Positions 27,658-36,419 of a stretch of DNA of 64,000 nt are shown piece by piece (within the stretch, counting starts at the first letter, position 1; each line of letters opens with the position of its first letter). The notes beneath the pieces are model-generated. The model was not told where the DNA came from. It saw nothing but the letters and a program-made list of their open reading frames with translations, and made no database searches. This DNA is from an uncultured Alphaproteobacteria bacterium (GTDB taxonomy: Bacteria; Pseudomonadota; Alphaproteobacteria; Rhizobiales; Xanthobacteraceae). A program made the position numbers and the translations under genes. Location: NCBI GenBank assembly GCA_963845775.1, contig CAWJTE010000002.1, positions 81,808 through 145,807 on the forward strand, given 5' to 3'.

Positions 27658-30207
27658 ATGGACGACCTGCTCCGGGAATTCCTAACCGAGACGCGCGAAA
27701 GTCTGGAGCGGGTCGATGCCGAGCTCGTGCGGTTCGAGCAGGAACCCAACGACCGCGATATCCTCGGCAACGTCTTTCGGTTGGTCCACACCATCAAGGG
27801 TACTTGTGGCTTTCTTAGCCTGCCGCGGCTGGAGACGCTCGCGCATGCCGCCGAAAATCTGATGGGTAAATTCCGCGACGGCATGCCGGTCACCACCGAT
27901 GCCGTCACGCTCATTCTCTCCAGCATCGATCGCATCAAGCTCATCCTCGACGAGATCGAAGCCAGCGAACACGAGCCCGCCGGCGAGGACGGCGATCTGA
28001 TCGAGCGGCTGAACCGGCGCTCGCAAGACGCTCCGAAAATGCCGTTCGTCGCCCGGCCAGAAGCACGCGCGCCGCAACCCGCGTCGCCCGCGCCGAAGGA
28101 AGAAAAGCCGCAGACTCCGTCGCGCGACAAACCGGCGAGCGAGCGACCGGACGACGAGCGGAGCGATCGCCCGGCCGCTCATTCGATCCGCGTCCATGTC
28201 GAGACGCTCGATCATCTGATGACTACGGTCTCGGAGCTTGTGCTCACCCGCAATCAGCTGCTTGAGATCGTCCGGCGCCACGAGGATTCCGACTTCAAGG
28301 TGCCGCTGCAACGGCTCTCCAACGTCACCGCCGAATTGCAGGAAGGGGTGATGAAAACGCGCATGCAGCCGATCGGCAACGCGTGGCAAAAGCTGCCGCG
28401 CGTCGTGCGCGACCTGTCGGCCGAGCTCGACAAGCAGATCGAGCTCGAAATGTACGGCGCCGATACTGAGCTCGATCGCCAGGTGCTCGAGCTGGTGAAG
28501 GATCCGCTGACGCATCTGGTGCGCAATTGCGCCGATCACGGCATTGAGCTGCCGGCCGAACGGCTAGCTGCCGGCAAGCCGCAGAAGGGAACCATCCGGC
28601 TTTCGGCCTGTCATCAGGGCGGGCACATCATCATCGAAATCGCCGACAACGGCCGCGGGCTGAATTTAGCGCACATCCGCGCCAAAGCCGTCGAAAACGG
28701 CTTCGTCAGCGAAGCCGAGATCGCGCAGAAGTCGGAAGCCGAGATCTGCAATCTGATTTTCATGCCTGGCTTCTCCACCGCTAGCCGGGTCACCAGCATT
28801 TCCGGCCGTGGTGTCGGCATGGACGTGGTCCGCGCCAACATGGAACAGATCGGCGGCACCGTCGATCTGAAATCCGTTCAGGGCCGTGGCACGACCTTCA
28901 CCATCAAAATCCCGCTGACTCTCGCTATCGTCTCCGCCCTGATCGTGGAGGCAGGCGGCGAGCGCTTTGCCATTCCGCAGCTCTCGGTGCTCGAATTGGT
29001 GCGTGCCTCGGTAAGTGGCGAACATCGCATCGAGCGGATCAAGGATACGCCGGTGCTGCGGCTGCGAAACAAGCTGCTGCCCCTTGTGCAGCTCAAAGAG
29101 GTGCTCAAGCTCGGCCACAGCGACGGTGACGGCGGATTTGTCGTGGTGACGCAGGTCGGCAGCCAGGTATTCGGCGTTGTTGTCGACGGCGTTTTCCATA
29201 CCGAGGAAATCGTCATCAAGCCGATGTCGTCACGCCTGCGCAACATCGCGGTTTTCTCCGGCACCACCATCCTCGGCGACGGCACGGTGATCATGATCAT
29301 CGATCCAAACGGGGTGGCACAGACGCTGGGCGGCGTCACGCCGGTCGGCCAAGCCGACCGGGCCGCGGCCGACGACGGCGAAAACGCCATGCATGAGGAT
29401 TTGACGCCGCTTCTTGTTTTCCGCGCCGGTTCGCAACAGCCCAAAGCCGTGCTGTTGTCGCTCGTCTCGCGGCTCGAGGAGATCGATTGCCGGCGGATTG
29501 AGACCTCGGACGGCCATCATCTGGTGCAATACCGCGATCAACTGATGCCGCTGCTGCGCATCGATGCAGATGCTGAGATCAAAAAAGACGGCGCGCAGCC
29601 GATCCTGGTGTTCTCCGACCGCGGCCGTTCCATGGGCCTCGTGGTCGATGAGATCGTGGACATCGTCGAGCAACGGCTCGACATCGAGGTGGCGAGCGAA
29701 CGTCCGGGCGTGATCGGCTTCGCCGTTATCAAGGGGACCGCCACCGAGATCATCGACGTCGCTCATTTTCTGCCGCAGGCCTATGCCGACTGGTTCCGTC
29801 GGCGGGACGCGCGCTCCGCGCCGGCGGCGCGCAAGATTCTGCTGGTCGACGACTCGGCGTTTTTCCGCGACATGCTCGCTCCGTTGATTAAGGCTGCAGG
29901 TTATCAGGTAGTCGCCGTCGCTTCCGCCGGCCAGGCGCTGGCGGTGATCGAATCCGGTACGCGGGTGGACATTGTCGTCACCGATATCGACATGCCGGAT
30001 ATGGACGGTTTCGAGCTCGCCGCAGCGTTACACGAGAATCCCGGCACCGCCGCTATTCCGGTCATCGCGTTGTCGGCCATGGTGTCTGCCGACGCGATCG
30101 AGCGCGGCCGCAGCGTAGGCTTCCACGATTTCGTCGCCAAATTCGATCGCACCGGGCTGATCGCCGCACTCAAAGAGCAGAGCGACGACCTGCATGAGGC
30201 GGCGTGA
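27658..30207 (+). CDS. cheA: Hybrid CheA: Hpt - dimerisation - HATPase - CheW-like - second CheW-like - receiver
   Basis: P1 is VHTIKGTCGF. The kinase has HLVRNCADHGIE, DNGRGLN and GRGVGMDVV. P5 is ALIVEAGGERFAIPQ. The extra CheW-like module is LLVFRAGSQQPKAV...ILVFSDRGRSMGLVVDEIVDIVE. The C-terminal REC is KILLVDDSAFFRDML...DIDMPDMDGFEL. Confidence 0.92.
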   Translation: MDDLLREFLTETRESLERVDAELVRFEQEPNDRDILGNVFRLVHTIKGTCGFLSLPRLETLAHAAENLMGKFRDGMPVTTDAVTLILSSIDRIKLILDEIEASEHEPAGEDGDLIERLNRRSQDAPKMPFVARPEARAPQPASPAPKEEKPQTPSRDKPASERPDDERSDRPAAHSIRVHVETLDHLMTTVSELVLTRNQLLEIVRRHEDSDFKVPLQRLSNVTAELQEGVMKTRMQPIGNAWQKLPRVVRDLSAELDKQIELEMYGADTELDRQVLELVKDPLTHLVRNCADHGIELPAERLAAGKPQKGTIRLSACHQGGHIIIEIADNGRGLNLAHIRAKAVENGFVSEAEIAQKSEAEICNLIFMPGFSTASRVTSISGRGVGMDVVRANMEQIGGTVDLKSVQGRGTTFTIKIPLTLAIVSALIVEAGGERFAIPQLSVLELVRASVSGEHRIERIKDTPVLRLRNKLLPLVQLKEVLKLGHSDGDGGFVVVTQVGSQVFGVVVDGVFHTEEIVIKPMSSRLRNIAVFSGTTILGDGTVIMIIDPNGVAQTLGGVTPVGQADRAAADDGENAMHEDLTPLLVFRAGSQQPKAVLLSLVSRLEEIDCRRIETSDGHHLVQYRDQLMPLLRIDADAEIKKDGAQPILVFSDRGRSMGLVVDEIVDIVEQRLDIEVASERPGVIGFAVIKGTATEIIDVAHFLPQAYADWFRRRDARSAPAARKILLVDDSAFFRDMLAPLIKAAGYQVVAVASAGQALAVIESGTRVDIVVTDIDMPDMDGFELAAALHENPGTAAIPVIALSAMVSADAIERGRSVGFHDFVAKFDRTGLIAALKEQSDDLHEAA

Positions 30208-30689
30208 ACGCAAACCGATCAGAGACCTGCATGTACGAGGACACCGATTTCACCGAATTCGTCACCTTCACGATCGACGGGCAGATGTTCGGCCTGCCGA
30301 TCGCGTGCGTGCAGGACGTGTTCAAGCCCTCTCGCATCACCAAGGTGCCACTGGCGGCGGGGGAGATTGCGGGCGTGCTCAATTTGCGCGGCCGCATCGT
30401 GACCGCGATCGACATGCGTCACCGGCTAGAGGTGAGGCGCCGGGAGGAACGCGATGCGTCGATGGCGATCGGTATCGAAGCCAAGGGTGAATCGTTCGGA
30501 CTGTTGGTCGATGCGGTCGGCGAAGTGCTCAAGCTGCCGGAAGCGCGGCGCGAGCCCAATCCGATCAATCTCAATCGCAAGCTGGCGGTGTTAGCCGCAG
30601 GAATTTATCGGCTCGATGGTCAGCTTCTTGTCGTGCTCGACATCGACCGGATCCTCGATCTGCGCGCCGAAACGGCGGCAGCGGCATGA
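30204..30689 (+). CDS. cheW: CheW coupling protein
   Basis: FVTFTIDGQMFGLPIACVQDVF...VLNLRGRIVTAIDMR. The GTG at 30204 overlaps the cheA stop (GTGA). The ATG at 30231 is an alternative. Confidence 0.88.
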   Translation: MNANRSETCMYEDTDFTEFVTFTIDGQMFGLPIACVQDVFKPSRITKVPLAAGEIAGVLNLRGRIVTAIDMRHRLEVRRREERDASMAIGIEAKGESFGLLVDAVGEVLKLPEARREPNPINLNRKLAVLAAGIYRLDGQLLVVLDIDRILDLRAETAAAA

Positions 30690-30761
30690 GGTGAAGTGGC
30701 AATGGATCGAATTGAAGGCAGCACTGAAGCGGGTCGCCCGCGAAGCGTGGAGTAAAGACAG

Positions 30762-31127
30762 ATGAAAACGTGCTTGGTCGTCGACGACTCGAGCGTCATC
30801 CGCAAGGTCGCGCGGAGAATCCTCGAAGGACTCGATTTTCAAATCGTGGAAGCGGAAAACGGCGAGGAAGCCATCGAGTTGTGCCGTAAGCAAATTCCCG
30901 ACGCGATCCTGCTCGATTGGAACATGCCGAAGATGGACGGCTACGATTTCCTGCGCGCGCTGCGCCGGTTGCCCGGCGGCGACAAGCCGAAAGTGGTGTT
31001 CTGCACCACTGAAAACGACGTCGCGCATATCGCCCGCGCGCTGCACGCCGGCGCTAACGAATACATTATGAAACCGTTCGACAAGGACATCGTCGAGGCA
31101 AAGTTCCAGGAAGTCGGACTGATCTGA
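30762..31127 (+). CDS. cheY: CheY-like single-domain response regulator
   Basis: 121 aa: CLVVDDSSVIRKV...LLDWNMPKMDGYDFL...TTEN...YIMKPF. Confidence 0.9.
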   Translation: MKTCLVVDDSSVIRKVARRILEGLDFQIVEAENGEEAIELCRKQIPDAILLDWNMPKMDGYDFLRALRRLPGGDKPKVVFCTTENDVAHIARALHAGANEYIMKPFDKDIVEAKFQEVGLI

Positions 31128-31201
31128 ACGCCTGAGGCCGCGGCCGAGCGTTCAGTCCGTGAAATCCGGGTGCCCAAGCCCGGTCCCGAAAGTGTGAGTA
31201 G

Positions 31202-32356
31202 ATGAGTAACGTCCTTACCGCCGCGAAACCGTCGATCGCCCTTGATCGTCCCATCCGCGTCATGATCGTTGACGACTCGATTGTTGCCCGGCGCATGCTG
31301 TCGCGCTGGATCGGCGCCGAGCCCGACATGATGGTCGCCGCTTGCCTACGCACCGGGCGCCAGGCGGTCGATCAGGTCCAGGAATGTGATCCCGACGTTG
31401 TCGTCCTTGACGTCGACATGCCGGAGCTTGACGGCATCTCGGCGCTTCCGCTGTTATTGCGAAAGAGGTGCGACCTGGTCGTGATTATGGCCTCCACGCT
31501 CACTCGCCGCAGCGCAGAGGTGAGCTTGCGCGCGCTGTCGCTTGGCGCCGCCGATTATGTACCCAAGCCGGAAGCTGCTCCCGACGCCGCGACATCGGCG
31601 ACGTTCCAGCGCGAGCTGATCGATAAAATCCGCCACCTTGGCCGGCGCGGCCGATTTATACACCCCGAAAAGATGGCGCCGGCGACGCCGCGCCCCGTTC
31701 CGATCCTTGAGCGAGCAACGCCGCATGCGGAAGTCGAGTCTTTCAGGCTGCGGCCGTTCGCATTGTCGATACCGCGCGCACTGCTGATCGGTTCATCGAC
31801 TGGCGGACCGCAGGCACTGACGTCGCTGGTAGGACAGATCGGCGCGACCATGGAGCGGGCGCCGGTCCTGATCACCCAGCACATGCCGGCTACCTTCACC
31901 ACGGTTTTGGCCGAGCATCTCACCCGGGTCAGCGGGCGAAGCGTACGCGAGGCCGAGCACAACGAGCCGGTCGTTGCCGGCAGCGTTTATGTGGCGCCGG
32001 GAGGCCGGCATATGCGCGTAAGACGCGGTCGCGACGGTGCACCAGCGATCGCGCTCAGCGACGATCCGCCGATCAACTACTGCAAGCCTTCGGTCGACCC
32101 GATGCTTTCCGCGGGGGCGGAAGTATGGGGCACGGCGGGTCTGGCGCTGATCCTCACCGGGATGGGTGCCGACGGCACCCGCGGCGCCGCTGATATCGCG
32201 GCCGCCGGCGGCAGCGTGATTGCCCAAGATGAAGCGTCGAGCGTGGTATGGGGCATGCCGCGCGCTGTCGCTCAGGCCGGTCTTTGCTCAGCGGTGCTTC
32301 CGCTCAGTCAGATCGCCGCCAAGATCAATCGTCTGTTCGCGGGGGATCGTTCATGA
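31202..32356 (+). CDS. cheB: Protein-glutamate methylesterase CheB (REC + methylesterase)
   Basis: REC is VMIVDDSIVARRML...VLDVDMPELDG. The catalytic elements are LLIGSSTGGPQAL, TQHMP and GMGADG. Confidence 0.92.
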   Translation: MSNVLTAAKPSIALDRPIRVMIVDDSIVARRMLSRWIGAEPDMMVAACLRTGRQAVDQVQECDPDVVVLDVDMPELDGISALPLLLRKRCDLVVIMASTLTRRSAEVSLRALSLGAADYVPKPEAAPDAATSATFQRELIDKIRHLGRRGRFIHPEKMAPATPRPVPILERATPHAEVESFRLRPFALSIPRALLIGSSTGGPQALTSLVGQIGATMERAPVLITQHMPATFTTVLAEHLTRVSGRSVREAEHNEPVVAGSVYVAPGGRHMRVRRGRDGAPAIALSDDPPINYCKPSVDPMLSAGAEVWGTAGLALILTGMGADGTRGAADIAAAGGSVIAQDEASSVVWGMPRAVAQAGLCSAVLPLSQIAAKINRLFAGDRS

Positions 32357-33231
32357 CCCCGCACGATTACGATTTTCTGCGCAAATGCCTCAAGGAACGC
32401 TCCGGCCTGGTGCTGTCCGCCGACAAGCAATATCTGGTCGAGAGCCGGCTGCTGCCGGTCGCGCGCAGAGCCGGGCTTAACGGCCTCGGCGAACTGGTGG
32501 CGACGCTCAAACGCAGCGATGCGGGAGCCTTGATGACGACAGTCGTTGAGGCCATGACCACCAACGAGACGTTTTTCTTTCGCGACAAGACGCCATTCGA
32601 GAATTTACGCTCCACAATATTGCCGGCGCTGATTGCGGCGCGTCCAAACTCCCGTCACATTCGCATCTGGTGCGCTGCCGCCTCGACCGGCCAGGAGCCG
32701 TACTCGCTCGCTATGACGCTCAAGGAAATGGAGCGCGAGATCGAAGACTGGCGCATTGATATCCTGGCAACCGACCTTTCAGCCGAAGTGCTGGAAAAGG
32801 GCCGCCAGGGAATTTACAGCCAATTCGAAGCGCAACGCGGCTTGCCGATTCAGCTTTTGGTCAAATATTTCACCCAGGTCGGTGAAATGTGGCAGATCGC
32901 GCCGAACATCCGGTCGATGGTCAAATTCCATCAAATTAACTTGCTGGCCGACTTCGCGCATCTTGGCATGTTTGACTTGGTCCTCTGCCGCAACTTGTTG
33001 ATCTATTTCGATCAGGCGACCAAGGCCGATCTGCTCGAGCGCTTGGCCCGGTCCATCTATGGAGACGGCTACCTCGTCCTCGGCGCGGCCGAGACGGTGG
33101 TCGGCCTCACCGAAAGCTTCAAGGTCTTGGCGGATAAACGCGGTCTCTATGCGCCAAATCTGCGCTCGGCCCCGCGTCCGCTGCCCGACACGGGTCGAGT
33201 CGCGCCGCGGCTTGTTGCCAACGCACGTTGA
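32353..33231 (+). CDS. cheR: Chemotaxis protein methyltransferase CheR
   Basis: TNETFFFRD, IRIWCAAASTGQEPYSLAM and LVLCRNLLIYFD. The ATGA overlaps the cheB stop. Confidence 0.92.
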   Translation: MTPHDYDFLRKCLKERSGLVLSADKQYLVESRLLPVARRAGLNGLGELVATLKRSDAGALMTTVVEAMTTNETFFFRDKTPFENLRSTILPALIAARPNSRHIRIWCAAASTGQEPYSLAMTLKEMEREIEDWRIDILATDLSAEVLEKGRQGIYSQFEAQRGLPIQLLVKYFTQVGEMWQIAPNIRSMVKFHQINLLADFAHLGMFDLVLCRNLLIYFDQATKADLLERLARSIYGDGYLVLGAAETVVGLTESFKVLADKRGLYAPNLRSAPRPLPDTGRVAPRLVANAR

Positions 33232-33250
33232 AAGCAGCTTCTTACAAACG

Positions 33251-33277
33251 AAAACCCCGGCCGTCGGCCGGGGTTAT
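33251..33277. terminator. Bidirectional hairpin between convergent cheR and ctrA
   Basis: AAAA-CCCCGGCC-GTC-GGCCGGGG-TTAT, with stems at 33255-33262 and 33266-33273. Confidence 0.75.
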
Positions 33278-33300
33278 GCATGCCTGAATGAATGAGCAAG

Positions 33301-34002
33301 TTAGGCGGAGATTTTCGCCTCGTCCTCGCTCGGCTCGCGCAACACGTAGCCACGGCCCCAAACCGTCTCGATGTAGTTCTTGCCGCTCGAAGCATTGGCG
33401 AGTTTCTTGCGCAGCTTGCAGATGAAGACGTCGATGATTTTGAGCTCCGGCTCGTCCATGCCGCCATAGAGATGATTGAGGAACATCTCCTTGGTTAGCG
33501 TCGTGCCCTTGCGCAGCGAGAGCAACTCCAGCATCTGGTATTCTTTGCCGGTGAGATGGACGCGCGCGGCGCTGACCTCGACCGTCTTGGTGTCCAGGTT
33601 GACGACGAGATCGCCGGTCTGAATGACCGACTGAGCATGTCCCTTGGAGCGCCGCACGATGGCGTGGATGCGCGCGACCAACTCGTCCTTGTGGAACGGC
33701 TTGGTCATGTAATCGTCGGCGCCGAAGCCGAGACCCCTGACTTTGTCCTCGATTCCGGCAAGGCCGGTGAGAATCAGGATCGGCGTCTTGACCTTCGATA
33801 CGCGCAAGCTTCGCAGCACTTCGAAGCCCGACATGTCCGGAAGATTAAGGTCGAGGAGGATGATGTCGTAGTCGTAAATCTTACCGAGATCGATCCCCTC
33901 CTCGCCGAGATCGGTCGTGTAGACATTGAAGCTCTCGGATTTGAGCATCAACTCAATCGATTGCGCTGTGGCGCTATCGTCTTCGATCAGCAATACGCGC
34001 AT
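33301..34002 (-). CDS. ctrA: Cell-cycle master response regulator CtrA
   Basis: [59 protein letters not shown]...[52 protein letters not shown] is nearly identical by eye to Caulobacter CtrA. Confidence 0.96.
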   Translation of the reverse strand: MRVLLIEDDSATAQSIELMLKSESFNVYTTDLGEEGIDLGKIYDYDIILLDLNLPDMSGFEVLRSLRVSKVKTPILILTGLAGIEDKVRGLGFGADDYMTKPFHKDELVARIHAIVRRSKGHAQSVIQTGDLVVNLDTKTVEVSAARVHLTGKEYQMLELLSLRKGTTLTKEMFLNHLYGGMDEPELKIIDVFICKLRKKLANASSGKNYIETVWGRGYVLREPSEDEAKISA

Positions 34003-34260
34003 GCCAGTCCCCTTCTTCGCCGCGCGACTTAAGGTCGGCACGCCCTTGAGGCGGCCCCCGAAAAACGCCTTGGGACAAACTGATTCGAGACTGTAAACGC
34101 GATATGGTTAACAAAACCTGATTCATCCACGCAAGCATTCCCTAGGAAAATTCCTGCGAATCGCCTTAAGGTATTGCCTGAGAGTGGTTTTTCGGCCACG
34201 CGGGCGCTCATGTTTCAGGTTAAGTTTCGGCGCTAACTGACTCGTGAGACTCACCCCTCC
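34003..34260. promoter_or_regulatory. ctrA upstream region containing five GANTC (CcrM-type) sites
   Basis: GATTC at 34082, GATTC at 34120, GAATC at 34158, GACTC at 34239 and GACTC at 34248. There are also several isolated TTAA half-sites but no full TTAA-N7-TTAA box. Confidence 0.55.
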
Positions 34261-34261
34261 G

Positions 34262-35053
34262 CTACCGGCTGGGCGGGCCGTCGTATTCCCAAGGACGACG
34301 CAATGATTAACGGCCCGGGTAAATACAGCGTTAAGATCGGCGTTGCGGAGGTAACCAAAACCTCCCGTCGGGCTTATCCGTTCGGTGGTCGTCGTCGCCA
34401 CGTCCGACGAGCCGGCGTTGATGCGCCGCCAGGCCGCCCATCTGACGCTTGCGATCGCCGAATATTTTCGCGATGAGGGCATGTCCTGGTGCTGATGGAT
34501 TCGGTCACGCGCTTTGCCATGGCACAGCGTGAGATCGGGCTTTCGGCGGGCGAGCCACCGATCGCCAAAGACTACACGCCGACGGTCTTCACCGAATTGC
34601 CGCGGCTGCTCGAACGGGCCGGCCCGGGGACCGAGCAGGGCACCGTCACCGGCATCTTCACGGTCCTGGTGGATGGCGACGAGTATAAGGAGCCGATCGC
34701 CGACGCGGTGCGCGGTATCCTCGACGGCCACATCATCATGGAGCGCGCTATTGCCGATTGCGGCGATCAACGTGCTCAAATCGGTGTCGCGCACCATGCC
34801 CCGCGCGGCCGATCCCGACTACCTGCCGGTTCTTAACCAGGCGCGGCAGTTCATGGCGACCTATGCCGATATGGAGGAGCTGATCCGGCTCGGCGCCTAC
34901 CGGGCCGGAACCAGCCCTGAAGTCGATGAGGCGATCCGGCTGCACAAGCCGCTGGAGGCTTTTCTGGCCCAAAGTAAGGAAGAAGCAACCAGCTTGGCGG
35001 AAGGTTACCGCCGTCTGGCTGAGATAATGACCGCCTCGGAAACCGAACGCTAA
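34262..35053 (+). pseudogene. fliI: Flagellar export ATPase FliI remnant (N-terminal part missing or degenerate, multiple indels)
   Basis: The recognisable pieces sit in alternating frames. [34 protein letters not shown] is followed by a frameshift at about 34481. [23 protein letters not shown]...[34 protein letters not shown] is followed by a gap about 11 nt short at 34759-34762. [13 protein letters not shown]...EAFLAQ follows. The Walker A region is decayed to K-D-D-AMINGP and no N-terminal domain is present. Confidence 0.85.
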
Positions 35054-35144
35054 CGTTATCGGGGCACAATTGGGGTTATAGGGGCGCCGTGCGGCGGGTT
35101 TTCGACCGGCGCCATGGTCCCGTGGCTTCGGGGAGTACCAGTAG

Positions 35145-35564
35145 ATGAAGTCCCGTGAGACGCTCATTCGCCTGAAGAAGTTTCAGGTCGACGAGAAACG
35201 GCGCAAGGTCGCGCAAATTGAGACCATGATCGCCGAATTCGAGCGGATGGCGGCCGATCTCGAGCGCGAGATCCGGGTCGAACAGGACCGCGCCGGCATC
35301 CACGATCCGGGCCATTTTGCCTATCCGACTTATGCCAAGGCGGCGATCACCCGGCGTGAAAATCTTATGCGCTCGGCCGATGAATTGCGCACCCAACTCG
35401 AGGACGCAAAACTCGCGCTTGGCGAAGCCTTCGACGAACTCAAGAAGGTTGAACTGCTCGACGAACGCGACCAGATGCGTGAACGGGAAGCCGAGAATAC
35501 CGCCGAGCAGACCGAACTCGACGCCATTGCGCTGATGCGGGTTCGCGGCGGCGCCCCGGCGTAA
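35145..35564 (+). CDS. fliJ: Flagellar export chaperone FliJ (apparently intact)
   Basis: 139-aa coiled-coil protein, MKSRETLIRLKKFQVDEKRRKVAQIETMIAEF..., in the position downstream of fliI. Confidence 0.7.
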   Translation: MKSRETLIRLKKFQVDEKRRKVAQIETMIAEFERMAADLEREIRVEQDRAGIHDPGHFAYPTYAKAAITRRENLMRSADELRTQLEDAKLALGEAFDELKKVELLDERDQMREREAENTAEQTELDAIALMRVRGGAPA

Positions 35565-35842
35565 CTCGCTTCGCCCACGCGCGTCATCCTGCGGTACCCG
35601 CGCCAACTGGTCCGGCCCGAAGTGGCTGGCCCGATGATAAGCTCCGCTGCGGGCCTCGAAGGGTAGTGCCCGAGCGCCTGGGCCCTCGCCTTTTCTGGTT
35701 CGCCATAGCTCGCCGAAGACGCGCGTAAACGCGCTAATGGCTCGCACCTTCGAGCGACGGGCCCCTTTTCGCCCTCGACGAACACCCGCTTCCGTGGCGA
35801 TAATCGGCCGCCGCGCGGGGTGTTACGGACCGGGGGCCGTCC

Positions 35843-36394
35843 ATGTTGTTGATGCAAGCGGAGCTGGTCGGACTGCTTGCAGCCGTCGCCCACGGCGACG
35901 AGGCCGCATTCGAACAGCTCTATGCGGCTACCCGCTCGAAACTATACGGGGTGCTTCTGCGTATCTTGCGCAGGCCCGAATTGGCCGAAGAGGTCATGCA
36001 GGAGACCTACGCCAAGGTTTGGACGATGGCCGCAAAATTCGACCCCAGCGTCGCCAGCCCGATCACCTGGATGGTGGCGATCGCCCGCAACCGCGCCATC
36101 GACATCGTGCGCAAAAGGAGTGAGCTTTCGATCGAGGAAGAGCCGGAAGCGATGGAGGTGGCGGCCGAGACCCCGACGCCGCTCGCGCGACGTGAGATGA
36201 CCGAGGAACTCAAGCGGCTTTTGTCGTGCCTCGGCAAGCTCGATCCGGAAAAGCAGCGCATCGTGCTGCTGGCTTATTACAGCGGCTGGAGTCGCGAACA
36301 GCTTTCACGCAAGCTCGACATTCCGGTGAACACAATCAAGACTTGGTTGCGGCGCAGCTTGATCGAGATCCGCGAATGTATGGGAACGCCATGA
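35843..36394 (+). CDS. ECF-type RNA polymerase sigma-70 family factor
   Basis: Region 2 is FEQLYAATRSKLYGVLLRILRRPELAEEVMQETYAKVW...TWMVAIARNRAIDIVRK. Region 4 is LLAYYSGWSREQLSRKLDIPVNTIKTWLRRS. Confidence 0.9.
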   Translation: MLLMQAELVGLLAAVAHGDEAAFEQLYAATRSKLYGVLLRILRRPELAEEVMQETYAKVWTMAAKFDPSVASPITWMVAIARNRAIDIVRKRSELSIEEEPEAMEVAAETPTPLARREMTEELKRLLSCLGKLDPEKQRIVLLAYYSGWSREQLSRKLDIPVNTIKTWLRRSLIEIRECMGTP

Positions 36395-36419
36395 CCATGA
36401 CGCAAGAGCGTGGATAGTC

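Noticed and set aside
34123-34797. 224-aa - strand ORF between ctrA and fliJ
   Set aside because: It is antisense to the recognisable FliI remnants and has a shadow-like composition.
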